Source: Candidatus Neptunichlamydia sp. (GTDB lineage Bacteria > Chlamydiota > Chlamydiia > Chlamydiales > Simkaniaceae). Taken from it: 64,000 bases of DNA. Both the position numbers and the translations under genes were made by a program. The DNA is taken from the NCBI GenBank assembly GCA_965233865.1, contig OZ247587.1:928001-992000 (forward strand). Reading direction: 5' to 3'. How positions within the stretch are numbered: position 1 is the first letter of the stretch; the number at the start of each line of letters is the position of its first letter. This document shows, piece after piece, positions 9,666 through 20,656 of the stretch. The notes below the pieces were generated by a model that made no database searches, was not told the DNA's origin, and saw nothing but the letters and a program-made list of their open reading frames with translations.

Positions 9666-12215
9666 ATGATGTTTGATAAGTTCACAAACCGGGCCAAGCA
9701 GGTCATAAAACTCGCTAAGAAAGAGGCTCAGCGCCTCAATCATAATTACTTGGGAACGGAACACATTCTGCTCGGCCTCCTCAAGCTGGGACAAGGGATT
9801 GCAGTGAATGTAATGCGTAACCTCAATGTCGACTACGACACTGTCTTAGCTGAGGTGGAACGCCTTGTGGGCTTTGGGCCTGAGATTCAAGTCTATGGTG
9901 ATCCAGCTCTCACCGGAAAAGTGAAAAAGGTCTTTGAGTATGCAAACGAAGAAGCTGCAGCTCTTAACCATAATTATGTGGGAACAGAGCATCTTCTCCT
10001 TGCACTCTTAAGACAGACTGATGGTGTTGCCACTCAAATCCTAGAAAATCTCAATATCAACCTAAAAGAAGTTCGAAAAGAGGTTCTTAAAGAACTTGAA
10101 ACTTTTAATCTTCAACTTCCTCCAATGGGAATGTCAGGATCTCCTTCAACACCTCGGCAAGAAAAAACTTCATCAGCACCTGGATCAGAAAAGCTTGCAG
10201 CGCTCCGCGCTTATGGACATGACCTAACGGAACTTTGCCGGGAAGGGAAGCTTGACCCTGTAATTGGAAGAAAAAATGAAGTCGAGCGCCTGATCTTAAT
10301 CCTCTGCCGTCGACGAAAAAATAATCCTGTTCTCATTGGAGAGGCCGGCGTTGGTAAAACAGCAATTGTTGAAGGACTTGCCCACGCAATTGTAAATGGA
10401 GAAGTTCCTGATCATCTGACAAAGAAAAAACTCATTTCTCTCGATCTTACCCTTATGATCGCAGGAACGAAGTACCGAGGACAGTTCGAAGAACGTATCA
10501 AAGCAGTCATGGATGAAGTGAAGAAGCATGGAAACATCCTTCTCTTTATTGATGAGCTTCATACGATTGTGGGAGCAGGGGCTGCTGAAGGAGCAATTGA
10601 TGCTTCAAACATTTTAAAACCCGCTCTTTCTCGTGGAGAAATTCAGTGTATTGGTGCCACAACCATTGATGAATACCGAAAACATATTGAAAAAGATGCT
10701 GCCTTAGAGCGTCGCTTCCAGAAAATTCAAGTGACTCCTCCCTCTGTTGAGGAAGCAACAGAGATTATCATCGGACTCAAAGAAAAATATCAAGAACACC
10801 ACAAGTGTATTTATACTGAAGAAGCGATTCGAAGCGCTGTCTACCTTTCTGATAGGTACATCACAGGACGGTTTCTCCCTGATAAAGCAATAGACTTAAT
10901 CGATGAAGCGGGTGCAAAAGCACGGATCTCGATGCTTCACCAGCCTCAAGAGATTCACCAGCTCGAGATTCAGATTGAAGAGCTCCGCAAAGCTAAAGAA
11001 GAGTCAATTGGTAAGCAAGAGTATGAAAAAGCTGCAAACCTTCGCGATAATGAGAAAAACCTGCGCGAAAAACTCGCCAAGGAAATTGCCCTTTGGGAAA
11101 AGAATAAAGAAGAGAATCAAGTCGTTGTTGATGAGGATGATGTTGCATCTGTTGTGGCAAAACACACCCGTATCCCCATGTCTCGTTTGACAGAAGGAGA
11201 GGCATCGAAAGTTCTCAAAATGCACGAGATTCTACAAGATTATATTGTCGGACAAGAAAAAGCACTTGATACGGTCTGTCGCTCTATTCGTCGTAGCAAG
11301 GCCGATATCAAAGATCCTGATCGTCCCATCGGAGCGTTCCTTCTTCTTGGACCCACGGGAGTCGGTAAAACCCTCCTTGCCAAACAACTCGCCATTCATA
11401 TGTTCGGTGGAGAAGATGCCCTGATCCAAGTTGACATGTCTGAGTACATGGAAAAGTTTGCGGTGAGCCGCATGACAGGATCCCCTCCAGGATATGTAGG
11501 ACACGAAGAAGGCGGTCAACTGACTGAACAGGTCCGCCGCCGCCCTTACTCTGTTGTCCTCTTTGATGAAGTCGAAAAAGCTCATCCCGATGTGATGAAT
11601 CTCCTCCTTCAAATTCTTGAAGATGGAAAACTCACTGATTCTATGGGACGTAAAATAGATTTCCGCAATACAATCATTCTCATGACGTCTAATCTTGGCT
11701 CTGATTTAATCCGCCGTACGACTGAGGTTGGCTTTGGAGTTAAAGAAGGAATGCCCGACTACGATACCATGAAAAGCAAAATTGACAAAGCGGTGAAAAA
11801 ACACTTTAAGCCAGAGTTTATCAACCGCCTAGATGATCTTGTCATTTTCAAAGCTCTTGATAAGGACAATCTCATGAAAATTATTGAGATTGAGGTTGCA
11901 AAGCTCAAAGTGCGACTCGAAAGAAAAAATATCATTATTCATCTCACCAGCGATGTGAAAGCCCATCTTGTTGACAAAGGACATCAGCCTGAAATGGGCG
12001 CTCGTACTTTACGCCGATGCATTGAGCAACTCCTTGAAGATCCTCTTGCTGAGAAACTTCTTCTCGAAGGTGATGAGCCTAGACAGATCGTCATCGATTT
12101 TAAAGATGAAAAGATCACTTTCACCGACGAAGATCTTCCTAAAGAAAAGAAGAAAAAAGAGAAAAAACTCGCTGGGTCCACAACCACGAAGGATGAAGAA
12201 GGGAGTAAAGCTTAG
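9666..12215 (+). CDS. clpC: Clp protease ATP-binding subunit ClpC
   Basis: Two Clp-N repeats, Walker A motifs GEAGVGKT and [11 protein letters not shown] coiled coil. Confidence 0.97.
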   Translation: MMFDKFTNRAKQVIKLAKKEAQRLNHNYLGTEHILLGLLKLGQGIAVNVMRNLNVDYDTVLAEVERLVGFGPEIQVYGDPALTGKVKKVFEYANEEAAALNHNYVGTEHLLLALLRQTDGVATQILENLNINLKEVRKEVLKELETFNLQLPPMGMSGSPSTPRQEKTSSAPGSEKLAALRAYGHDLTELCREGKLDPVIGRKNEVERLILILCRRRKNNPVLIGEAGVGKTAIVEGLAHAIVNGEVPDHLTKKKLISLDLTLMIAGTKYRGQFEERIKAVMDEVKKHGNILLFIDELHTIVGAGAAEGAIDASNILKPALSRGEIQCIGATTIDEYRKHIEKDAALERRFQKIQVTPPSVEEATEIIIGLKEKYQEHHKCIYTEEAIRSAVYLSDRYITGRFLPDKAIDLIDEAGAKARISMLHQPQEIHQLEIQIEELRKAKEESIGKQEYEKAANLRDNEKNLREKLAKEIALWEKNKEENQVVVDEDDVASVVAKHTRIPMSRLTEGEASKVLKMHEILQDYIVGQEKALDTVCRSIRRSKADIKDPDRPIGAFLLLGPTGVGKTLLAKQLAIHMFGGEDALIQVDMSEYMEKFAVSRMTGSPPGYVGHEEGGQLTEQVRRRPYSVVLFDEVEKAHPDVMNLLLQILEDGKLTDSMGRKIDFRNTIILMTSNLGSDLIRRTTEVGFGVKEGMPDYDTMKSKIDKAVKKHFKPEFINRLDDLVIFKALDKDNLMKIIEIEVAKLKVRLERKNIIIHLTSDVKAHLVDKGHQPEMGARTLRRCIEQLLEDPLAEKLLLEGDEPRQIVIDFKDEKITFTDEDLPKEKKKKEKKLAGSTTTKDEEGSKA

Positions 12216-12322
12216 AAAGCTTCAGCGCTGCACGACGTAAATCTGCAGAAAGCTTTTAGCTTTCAAATACTTAAAACGAAGAGATTGGATACTGTGGCGG
12301 CATAAATGGAGCTGTTAGTCTC

Positions 12323-13057
12323 TTATGAGCCCTTAGCTCCAACTTGAGACTCCCAATCCTTTAGGTACTCAAGAAGTTCTTTCTTCTCAGGCTGCGAGCG
12401 AAACAATTCTAAAGCTTCATCACTGCTACTAAGATGAGCAAGCTTTGCTAAGAGATGGAGGTGCCGTTTGTCATCACAGCCAAAAAGGAAAAAGAGAGTG
12501 TGGACAGGAGCTTCGTCTAAGGCACCCCAATCGATCGGATCCTTTGGGAAAACAATTACAACCACGTCTGTTGGTCCTTTCAACAAAAAATCTCGTGTGT
12601 GAGGAACAGCAATCCCATTATTCAAGGCTGTAGGCATCAACTTTTCTCGATCGAGCAGAAGATCAGACATAACCGAAGGATCCATTCCCAATTCTCCCGA
12701 AACACGATCCATAGTTTCTCGAATAATCGCGTCTTTTTTTGTAGACTTTAGATCTGTGAAAACCCCGCCTTTATGCACTGCACGATACAGGCTAAACTGT
12801 TGCATTCCCTTTTTGCCATCTTGTTCTTCATTCTTTTCTTTTTTGGGAGGGAAAATTTGTTCTTCTGTGGAAGGAAGGAAGTTTCCTGTCTCTTTTTGAA
12901 GACGACAGCTAAGCATCCAGTTTTCTATTTCAATGCGACTGAATCGGTATTGGTGATGAAGACGATAAGCAGGGATTTTTCCTTCTGCAAGCCACCGTCG
13001 AATGGTTGTTTCGGAAACATTTAATAACTCTGCTACATCTTTAATCTTTAGATCCAT
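12323..13057 (-). CDS. ptsN: HTH-fused PTS IIA(Ntr)-like protein
   Basis: N-terminal excisionase-like HTH (DVAELLNVSETTIRRW) plus EIIA domain with GIAVPH. Confidence 0.9.
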   Translation of the reverse strand: MDLKIKDVAELLNVSETTIRRWLAEGKIPAYRLHHQYRFSRIEIENWMLSCRLQKETGNFLPSTEEQIFPPKKEKNEEQDGKKGMQQFSLYRAVHKGGVFTDLKSTKKDAIIRETMDRVSGELGMDPSVMSDLLLDREKLMPTALNNGIAVPHTRDFLLKGPTDVVVIVFPKDPIDWGALDEAPVHTLFFLFGCDDKRHLHLLAKLAHLSSSDEALELFRSQPEKKELLEYLKDWESQVGAKGS

Positions 13058-13226
13058 CTCACACCCTGGCTTACCACCTTTAACTCTATGATGACAAACC
13101 TATATTAATTTTGACTTTCTTGCAACATTTCCGCCACGAATTCTTTCCGCTGCAAGCAGCAAGAGTCTAAACATAAGGCGGGTTATTAAAATGGCAAAAA
13201 ATGATTAAGAATGAGTAACTTTAAGA

Positions 13227-13679
13227 CTATAAACCCTCAAACAGGGCGAGAACTTCTTCTTTTGTCCTAGAGTTGATCAAATTTTTTCTCCGGTCTTCAT
13301 CTTTAATCGCTGCTGTTAAAAGAGAAAGAATATTTAGGTACTCTGTCTGCCGATTAGCAGGCCCTCCAATCAAAAAGATGAGCCGGACAGGAGGCGTACT
13401 TTCTGTATCCCATTTAATCCCTTCCTTGGATTTTAGAAGACCCACAGCTAAAAAGAAACGGTTAAATGTGGGAAGTTTTGCATGAGGAATAGCAACTCCC
13501 ATTCCAATTCCAGTCGATACAATTTTCTCTCTTTTGTAGATTGCTTCGCGAAATTCTACTTTATCACCGAGATCACCTACATCCGCAAGAGTTTCTACCA
13601 TTTGATCTAGCGCCTTGTCGCGACTTTCTGCTTCTAAAAAGCAGACTACTCCCTCTTGGATAAATTCTGAAAGAGTCAC
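13227..13679 (-). CDS. ptsN: PTS IIA(Ntr)-like protein
   Basis: STGIGMGVAIPH motif; GTG start at 13679 after AGGAG. Confidence 0.9.
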   Translation of the reverse strand: MTLSEFIQEGVVCFLEAESRDKALDQMVETLADVGDLGDKVEFREAIYKREKIVSTGIGMGVAIPHAKLPTFNRFFLAVGLLKSKEGIKWDTESTPPVRLIFLIGGPANRQTEYLNILSLLTAAIKDEDRRKNLINSRTKEEVLALFEGL

Positions 13680-13704
13680 ATTTTCTCCTTTCTTAAAGAG
13701 ATGG

Positions 13705-14148
13705 TTAATGCGTTCCAGTATGGCCAAAACCGCCTTCCCCTCTTCCTGTCATTCTTAGCTTGTCTTTTTCCCTGTAGTATGCCTGAAAAACTGGTGCAAA
13801 AACTAGTTGTGCTATTCGCATTTTCGGTGTGACTATAAAAGGATTCCTGCCGTGGTTGATTAAAATCACCCCAACTTCGCCGCGATAATCAGAATCAATT
13901 GTACCTGGGGTGTTTAAGACAGTAATACTATGTTTTAGCGCTAGTCCGCTTCGAGGACGGACCTGAATTTCAAATCCCTTTGGTATTTCTAAACGGATCC
14001 CTGTGCGAACAAGCTTGCTCTCCCCAGGAGCTATGACGAGCTCCTCCTGGACCAGAGCACGGACATCCGCCCCCGCTGCCTCTTCAGATCCGTAGATGGG
14101 GAGCTCTGCTCCCTCTTCTAATTTTATGGGGATATCATGTTTTTTCAT
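13705..14148 (-). CDS. dut: dUTP diphosphatase
   Basis: [18 protein letters not shown] and [10 protein letters not shown] motifs. Confidence 0.97.
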   Translation of the reverse strand: MKKHDIPIKLEEGAELPIYGSEEAAGADVRALVQEELVIAPGESKLVRTGIRLEIPKGFEIQVRPRSGLALKHSITVLNTPGTIDSDYRGEVGVILINHGRNPFIVTPKMRIAQLVFAPVFQAYYREKDKLRMTGRGEGGFGHTGTH

Positions 14149-15107
14149 GGCTTGCTAACTTTAATCGTGTTTTTTTTCCGCTCTTTCTGTGAAAGTGCGA
14201 TAAGATCATCAAATTTTTCTCGCTCTACTTTCTTAGCTCTCTTTTCAGGAAGTTTTTGATTCCCTGTTAAGAACCCAATAAAAAAAACGAGTTTTTCTTT
14301 GAGTTCGCTCCGCTTAACGATACAGTCTATCATTCCCTTTTCTAGAAGAAATTCAGATTTTTGGGCTGCATCGGGAAGCTTCTGGCGAATGGTTTGCTCC
14401 ACAACCCGTGGTCCTGCAAACCCAATTAAAGCATTTGGCTCTGCAATCATAATGTCTCCAAGAGACGCAAATGATGCAGTCACTCCACCTGTTGTGGGAT
14501 TAGCCAAGACAGAGATATAGGGAATTTCAGCGTTGTGAAGCCTTGCAAGTGCTGCAGAAGTTTTTGCCATCTGCATCAGAGAGTAAATAGACTCTTGCAT
14601 CCGTGCTCCTCCAGATGAGGAAACAAGAACAACTGGAATACAATTCATTAATGCGTGTTCAATTAAGAGTGTAATTCTCTCCCCTACGACAGACCCCATT
14701 GATCCCCCCATAAATCCAAAGTCCAAAACCCCAAGGGCAATTTTATTCCCCCCCATTTCGCAAGTTCCAGTCAGAATCGCTTCAGTTCGGCCCATCTTCT
14801 TCTGAGCTCTTTCTAGGCGCTGAATGTAGGGTTCGGAATCAACAAAGTTTAAGGGGTCTTTTGGGTGAATTTCGCTAAAGAGCTCTTCAAAAGTCCCTTC
14901 ATCGGCAAGAAGATCGGTGCGCTGTATTGCTGAGAGACGGTAATGATGTTCACATTTCGGACAGCAGTTATGATTCGATTGAAGTTCATTAGCATGGACC
15001 ATCTCTTCACATTTCGTGCATTTGATCCAACCACTAAATCCGTCTTTTTTCGTCGACTCTACTTGAACCATCTGTCGGCGACGTGTAAAAAGATTTAAAA
15101 AATTCAT
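14145..15107 (-). CDS. accD: Acetyl-CoA carboxylase carboxyltransferase beta subunit
   Basis: CxxC...CPKC zinc finger, [16 protein letters not shown] and PTTGGV. Confidence 0.97.
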   Translation of the reverse strand: MNFLNLFTRRRQMVQVESTKKDGFSGWIKCTKCEEMVHANELQSNHNCCPKCEHHYRLSAIQRTDLLADEGTFEELFSEIHPKDPLNFVDSEPYIQRLERAQKKMGRTEAILTGTCEMGGNKIALGVLDFGFMGGSMGSVVGERITLLIEHALMNCIPVVLVSSSGGARMQESIYSLMQMAKTSAALARLHNAEIPYISVLANPTTGGVTASFASLGDIMIAEPNALIGFAGPRVVEQTIRQKLPDAAQKSEFLLEKGMIDCIVKRSELKEKLVFFIGFLTGNQKLPEKRAKKVEREKFDDLIALSQKERKKNTIKVSKP

Positions 15108-15179
15108 ATCAAGCCATCTTGATTAAGTATTTACCAAAAGGTTACCAAACCGGTCAAAAGAACACAACCTTGATCATTC

Positions 15180-16436
15180 CTAAGATTGCAATTTAATTTT
15201 TAAAATACTGCGTGTAATTGCTCCTATCGCCGTCAGCTTAATTTCTTTGGGTACCACTGTAAAAGCTTCTGAAAAAGCTTCAACCGTTGAAGGACTTGTA
15301 AAAATAATTTCGTCAAAACTTTCTAAATCAGGTTTGACACTTGGGATTTTTTTCTTTGTATCATAAATAGACACTTTTTGATGGCGCGCTCTCCGGAGCA
15401 TCAAGGAGGTCGAAAGCGCAGAGCGTGCCCTTGAAGATTGTGGCAAAAGAACATAGGCATCATCCAAATCTTCCATTGCCAAGAGATGAATCATTCCTTC
15501 TTGGGTCTCTTCCACTGCCACCTCATCAACTTTCACCCCTCTCTCTTCTAGAGCCTTAGTCGTCACTTTCCCTACTGCAAAAATTTTTTTTCCCTGAAAT
15601 TTTACCTTGTAATACTTCATGCAGTCGCAAAAAATCCGCGCTCCATTTTTACTTGTAAGGATCACATGGGTATACTCAGAAAAGTCGGTCATTGCTGTTT
15701 GTATTTCAAATCCTTGAAAATCACGTGGAATAATTTCAATAAGAGGAAGGTGCACCATCCCCTTTTTCCCTTCTGTTCCTAAATAAAGAACTCTCTTCTT
15801 TTTTCGGGAGTCTAAACTTTTAAACACTTTTTCCATCTCAAAGTCCCCATTGCGCGCAACCACAGCAAGTTTCCCTTGAAGCTGCGCCCCTTTTCCAGGA
15901 AGGAGCACTCGGTTTCGACTTGTCAATTCCAAACGGATTAGAGCGGCTTCTGCAACAACAAGAGCATCGACTTCTCCCAGATCCAGCATCTTCAATCGCA
16001 GGTCAACGGGCCCTCGCAACTCTCTGCAAAGAAAATCAGGGCGCAGCCCTTTAACGACCTTATCGCGGCGAAAAGATGAAGATCCAATTACAGCTCCTCT
16101 CTTCAGAGTTTCCAGACAATCTCCTTCTCGCATCACTAAGCTGTCTCTTGAGTCGACTCCCCGCGTCAAAGCAATAAGTTTGAGCCCCTCTGGAAGTGGA
16201 TCTGGAAGATCTTTTGCTGAATGAATCCCCACATCGTATTTCCCCTCTAAGACCCTTTCATCTATTTCTCTCGTGAAAAAATCCGTCTTGTCCATTGGAC
16301 CTAGCTGTGAAGCAAGATCGCGATCCCCCATAGTTTCAACCCATCCACACTCATACTCTCTCCTGAGTCCTTTCATAATTTCTTCCACTTGTCTCTTCGA
16401 AAGCTTTGATCCTCGTGCTCCCACTTTTATTTTCAT
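15180..16436 (-). CDS. hemC: Fused hydroxymethylbilane synthase (truncated) / uroporphyrinogen-III synthase (HemC-HemD)
   Basis: HemC motifs RGSKLS, HSAKDLP and GSSSFRR, then HemD motifs LTSKNG, AVGKVT, FTSPSTV and AIGAIT. Confidence 0.88.
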   Translation of the reverse strand: MKIKVGARGSKLSKRQVEEIMKGLRREYECGWVETMGDRDLASQLGPMDKTDFFTREIDERVLEGKYDVGIHSAKDLPDPLPEGLKLIALTRGVDSRDSLVMREGDCLETLKRGAVIGSSSFRRDKVVKGLRPDFLCRELRGPVDLRLKMLDLGEVDALVVAEAALIRLELTSRNRVLLPGKGAQLQGKLAVVARNGDFEMEKVFKSLDSRKKKRVLYLGTEGKKGMVHLPLIEIIPRDFQGFEIQTAMTDFSEYTHVILTSKNGARIFCDCMKYYKVKFQGKKIFAVGKVTTKALEERGVKVDEVAVEETQEGMIHLLAMEDLDDAYVLLPQSSRARSALSTSLMLRRARHQKVSIYDTKKKIPSVKPDLESFDEIIFTSPSTVEAFSEAFTVVPKEIKLTAIGAITRSILKIKLQS

Positions 16437-16554
16437 CAATAAATAATCCTCCAAAAGACTCCCAAAATCCTGAGCATAAACTTTTTTCTTTCACACCACA
16501 AGAGTAACTTGTTAAGAACTTATGAGGAATGTCGTTGATCGGAAAATTTTGTGA

Positions 16555-17925
16555 TTAACCCAACAAAGTCTTAATGGCTTCTTCAACGCGTGTGACGCCT
16601 TGAAGTATAATTTTTTCAGGCAGTTTCTTGTTAAGGCCCTTGAGATTTTTAGAACTGAGGATGCACCGCTTAAATCCCATGTTAATGGCTTCTTTAATAC
16701 GACTTTCAATGCGAGGAATGCTTCGCACTTCGCCGCCAAGCCCCACTTCTCCCATCACAACTGTGTCCGAGGGAATATGCTTGTTGCAATAGCAGGAGGC
16801 TATGGAAAGGATTGTTCCAAGATCAATCGCTGGCTCGGTAATTTTCATCCCACCAGCAATAGAAACAAAAACATCAAGTGCATGAAGCTGGTACCCCATC
16901 CTTTTTTCAAGAACGGCGAGGAGGAGGGTCAGCCGTTTGGGGTCAAGGCCTGTGGAGCGCCGAGTGGAGGTTGCAAAAGAACTCGGTGCAACAAGAGCCT
17001 GTACCTCAATTAACAAAGATCGGGTCCCTTCAATCGTTGGAATGATGACAGATCCTGGAGTGCCTGTCATTCTCTCTTCTAAAAATGTTACTGAAGGGTT
17101 AAGAATCTCAACTAGCCCCTTTTCATTCATCTGGAAAAGGGCTACATCATCTGTCGGTCCAAAACGATTTTTAACCGACCGCATCAGGCGATATCCATGT
17201 TGACGATCTCCTTCAAACTCGAGAACAGTATCGACAATATGCTCAAGAACGCGTGGCCCTGCAATGTCACCACTTTTGGTTACATGTCCTATGAGAAACG
17301 TTGTGATCCCACTCCCCTTAGCAAGATGCATACACTCCATTGCGATCTCGCGCACTTGCGTGACAGAACCAGGCGCGGAGGGAAGCTCACTTTTGTAAAC
17401 AATCTGAACGGAGTCAACAATCAAGACATCGGGATGAATCTTTTCGATTTGTGCACGAATTTGAGAAAAAATTGTTTCGCTGTAGAGATAAATCTTATCA
17501 CTCTTAATGCCGAGTCTTTTAGCTCTAAGAGAAGTCTGTTCTACTGACTCTTCACCACAAATATATAGGACTGTTAGCCCCTGGTCAGCGAGACGTTTGG
17601 AAAGTTGGAGGAGCATTGTAGATTTTCCGATCCCTGGCTCACCTCCGAGCAAGTTAAGGGACCCTGAAACAATCCCCCCTCCCATTAAACGATCAAATTC
17701 TCGGTATTCTGTATAGATACGCTTAAAATTTGAGGCATCAACTTCTTCAATTAATACGGGTTTAGTCGTCCGAGAAACCTTTGCTTCAAACCGTCCGACC
17801 TTTTCACTGATTTCAAGTTCTTCAGCAAAAGAATCCCAGCTCTTGCAAATATTGCAACTTCCTGTCCATTTGAATTGCTTATTCCCGCATTCATTGCACA
17901 CCCAAACCGACTTCTGCTTGACCAT
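16555..17925 (-). CDS. radA: DNA repair protein RadA/Sms
   Basis: C4 zinc finger, GEPGIGKS, KNRFG and Lon-like C-terminus. Confidence 0.97.
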   Translation of the reverse strand: MVKQKSVWVCNECGNKQFKWTGSCNICKSWDSFAEELEISEKVGRFEAKVSRTTKPVLIEEVDASNFKRIYTEYREFDRLMGGGIVSGSLNLLGGEPGIGKSTMLLQLSKRLADQGLTVLYICGEESVEQTSLRAKRLGIKSDKIYLYSETIFSQIRAQIEKIHPDVLIVDSVQIVYKSELPSAPGSVTQVREIAMECMHLAKGSGITTFLIGHVTKSGDIAGPRVLEHIVDTVLEFEGDRQHGYRLMRSVKNRFGPTDDVALFQMNEKGLVEILNPSVTFLEERMTGTPGSVIIPTIEGTRSLLIEVQALVAPSSFATSTRRSTGLDPKRLTLLLAVLEKRMGYQLHALDVFVSIAGGMKITEPAIDLGTILSIASCYCNKHIPSDTVVMGEVGLGGEVRSIPRIESRIKEAINMGFKRCILSSKNLKGLNKKLPEKIILQGVTRVEEAIKTLLG

Positions 17926-18633
17926 TTATAACCCTAAGTTTTTGATTGCGTTTTCTGCGGCATTTTGCTCTGCCTCTTTCTTGGAAGATCCTTTTCCTTG
18001 ACCAAGCTCTCTATTGTCGAGATGCGCTTTAATAAAAAAGGTCTTGAGATGATCAGGCCCTTCTTCTTTGAGCACTTCATAATCTGGGGTTTTTTGATGA
18101 CTTTTCTGACAATAATCCTGAAGCTCAGCCTTCCAGTTTCGATGGGGCTTCTCAATGATAGAAAGGACATTCTCTCTAAAGTGATCAAAGAAAAACGAGC
18201 GAGCTGCTTCAACCCCCCCGTCGAGATAAAGTGCGCCAATGATTGCTTCAAAAAGATCCGCAAGAATCGTTCCACGACCTTTCCCTTCATTCATGGATTC
18301 CCCTTTTCCAACCATGAGAAATTTCTCTAAATCAATTTTCTGAAGATACAGGGTGCAGGCAGGAGCCTCGACCATTCTAGAACGGAGGTAAGAAAGCTCT
18401 CCTTCAGGGCGGTCTGGAAGGTGGTTGTAAAGAAAATCACTAACAATCAACCCAAGAATAGTGTCACCTAAAAATTCTAATCGCTCATTATGCCCCTCAA
18501 CAACATCGCGATTTTCATTGGTAAACGAGCGGTGAATAAACGCGAGTTCAATTAAAGACTTTTCTTTAAAAATGTAGTTGATTTGCGCTTCAATAAGAGG
18601 AACGCCTTTTCTCAAATGGTCATATGTATTCAT
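17926..18633 (-). CDS. rnc: Ribonuclease III
   Basis: NERLEFLGD signature and C-terminal dsRBD. Confidence 0.97.
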   Translation of the reverse strand: MNTYDHLRKGVPLIEAQINYIFKEKSLIELAFIHRSFTNENRDVVEGHNERLEFLGDTILGLIVSDFLYNHLPDRPEGELSYLRSRMVEAPACTLYLQKIDLEKFLMVGKGESMNEGKGRGTILADLFEAIIGALYLDGGVEAARSFFFDHFRENVLSIIEKPHRNWKAELQDYCQKSHQKTPDYEVLKEEGPDHLKTFFIKAHLDNRELGQGKGSSKKEAEQNAAENAIKNLGL

Positions 18634-18693
18634 TGGACTTCTGACTCTAAAACCGTTATAATGATTCTAACAAATATATTGTAAAAGGTAAAC

Positions 18694-19344
18694 ATGCGGT
18701 TTGCACTTGCTAAAGATCATCTCGATTTCTTCTATCGGAATCATTATATCGAATTTGAAGATATTCTGACTCTTGAAGAAGTGTTCTCAATCGAGGATGC
18801 AATTGAAGAGGTTCTCACAAAACGAGTGGGGGGAAACCGCAATCCCAAAAAGATTTACTTAGCGGGTAATTACTGCTGGCAAGACGACCCCCGCATTACA
18901 AAAATTGCACTTAGCTACCGCCTTGCAGAAATCGCCTCACAGCTTACAAAAGAGCGCACCCTCCGCTTAGCATCTAGCCAAATTCTTTCCGGCAGTCTCT
19001 CAGAGGAAAAGGTTTTTGATGAGCCATTGCCCCTTGAAAACCTCTGCTCAATTCAAAAAATATCATGCGGGGTCATTCTACACCTCTCTTCTTCCGAAGA
19101 GCTCGAAGATCCTCAACCTAAAAAGATTGGAAGCGCCACCTTCTTCTCTACAAGGATTCCCATTTCATTCGACTACCTCACCAAAACCTCACACCTCACT
19201 CAGCTTTTTTTTATCTACTCAGTGGAAAATGCTCTCTATGCTCTCACCCCTACCGATCCTCATACCCATGCCCTTAAAAAGCTTGGCTATGGCTTCGGCG
19301 ATCATGTCCTCCCAAATACGCACCCCATCGTTATAACTCCTTAA
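18694..19344 (+). CDS. Conserved chlamydial protein, CT296/DcrA-like
   Basis: 216 aa divergent from rnc, as recalled for Chlamydia; C-terminal LGYGFGD...HPI. Confidence 0.7.
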   Translation: MRFALAKDHLDFFYRNHYIEFEDILTLEEVFSIEDAIEEVLTKRVGGNRNPKKIYLAGNYCWQDDPRITKIALSYRLAEIASQLTKERTLRLASSQILSGSLSEEKVFDEPLPLENLCSIQKISCGVILHLSSSEELEDPQPKKIGSATFFSTRIPISFDYLTKTSHLTQLFFIYSVENALYALTPTDPHTHALKKLGYGFGDHVLPNTHPIVITP

Positions 19345-19583
19345 AAAAATTGATCATTTTTAACAACTTAATATTTGTTTTTTAGTTTCTTTTAATCGCA
19401 TTTGTCTTAATAAGAATTGTACATCGTTGTATATAAACAATCTGCATAAACACTCCTCTAGCCTAGAGGAGTGAAACTACATGAACCATAGCATGCTCTC
19501 GAACGTTCAGATCAAATGGCATTGCGATGAAATGGACACAAACGCTCTCGCCACTGGGGGCTTTTAGCTAGGTAGATCTCTAC

Positions 19584-20471
19584 CTATATATCGTAAAATG
19601 CTTTGGCATTTTCATAGAACAGCTTGCGTTGAACTTCCGGCGCATAGCGAGAAAATGCGGTACGAAAGATTTCTATAAGCTTTCCGTAGGTTAGAAATAA
19701 GGAATCTGGAGGAATATTGCTTCCAAAAAAGCACCGATCTTCTCCGAAAGCTTCGATACCTGCATGGAGAAACCTCTCAATATTCTCTTGATCATGGGAT
19801 TTAAATATAAGTCCAATTCCACTGAGCTTCAGATGAACATTCAGATTCTCCGCGAGAAGCTTGATGTCCCTCTTCCAAGCTTCAAAACCATTGTCTGTGA
19901 TATCACGGGGCCACCCCAGATGATCTAAGACAAAGGTCACATTAGGGGTCGACTTAACAAGCTTCGCCGCATCTGGGATTTGATGGCCAAATAGAGAAAT
20001 ATCAAAGGTAAGAATCTGCTTCGATAGGGATTGAAGACCTTTTTGAAAATGGGGTTCACTCATGAGATCTGGATCAGAAGATCCTGCTTCATGAAAAAGG
20101 ATCTGGCGCACGCCACGGACGTTAGGAAAATGGCAATGATCTTTTAACACGTTTTCAATATCAGGATCTCTAAGGTCCGCTTGAAACACAATAACATTTG
20201 GAAACCCATGGTTATCGGCAATTTTTTGAAGCCATTCTGTTTCATAAAGCGACTTCTTAAAAACAGGATTCGCTTCTAGGTGCACACACTTTGTGACATG
20301 GTAGGGCTTAACCAAGCTCTCATAATCGGTAATCAAAAAGTTCTTGCACAGCTTATTGCCTTTTCCGATAACCTCTTCAAAGTGCCCCTCTTTTTCTGTA
20401 AGCCAGGGGTATTCACCGTCATCTAGGTCCCATAGATGCATATGCCCATCGATAATTTCGTCTGTATACAT
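19584..20471 (-). CDS. Amidohydrolase_2 family protein (sugar-lactonase-like)
   Basis: IIDGHMHLW, VRGVRQ, VLDHLGWP, KLSG, FGSNIP and ENAKAFY motifs. Confidence 0.88.
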   Translation of the reverse strand: MYTDEIIDGHMHLWDLDDGEYPWLTEKEGHFEEVIGKGNKLCKNFLITDYESLVKPYHVTKCVHLEANPVFKKSLYETEWLQKIADNHGFPNVIVFQADLRDPDIENVLKDHCHFPNVRGVRQILFHEAGSSDPDLMSEPHFQKGLQSLSKQILTFDISLFGHQIPDAAKLVKSTPNVTFVLDHLGWPRDITDNGFEAWKRDIKLLAENLNVHLKLSGIGLIFKSHDQENIERFLHAGIEAFGEDRCFFGSNIPPDSLFLTYGKLIEIFRTAFSRYAPEVQRKLFYENAKAFYDI

Positions 20472-20556
20472 TGTTGATGCCTTTGTGAAAAATCCTGTCC
20501 TAAAATTCACATTACTGGTTTAATGAATTTTTTTGCACGTGCGTACTAATTTTTGA

Positions 20557-20573
20557 TGGGCCAGAACTTTGCA
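20557..20573 (+). promoter_or_regulatory. Possible sigma54 (-24/-12) promoter for the secretin gene
   Basis: tgGGccagaactttGCa: GG at 20559-60, 10 nt spacer, GC at 20571-72 within TTGCA, about 85 nt upstream of the CDS. Confidence 0.4.
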
Positions 20574-20656
20574 ATGATAAGAAATTCAGTTTTTGTAGTA
20601 AAAAATTGATGCAGAGTAATTCCCATCTCTGATATGAAAATAAGATCCTTCGGATA

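Noticed and set aside
12207..12266. Repeated AAGCTT motifs after clpC
   Set aside because: An imperfect inverted repeat between convergent genes, most likely a bidirectional terminator; no repeat-spacer periodicity.
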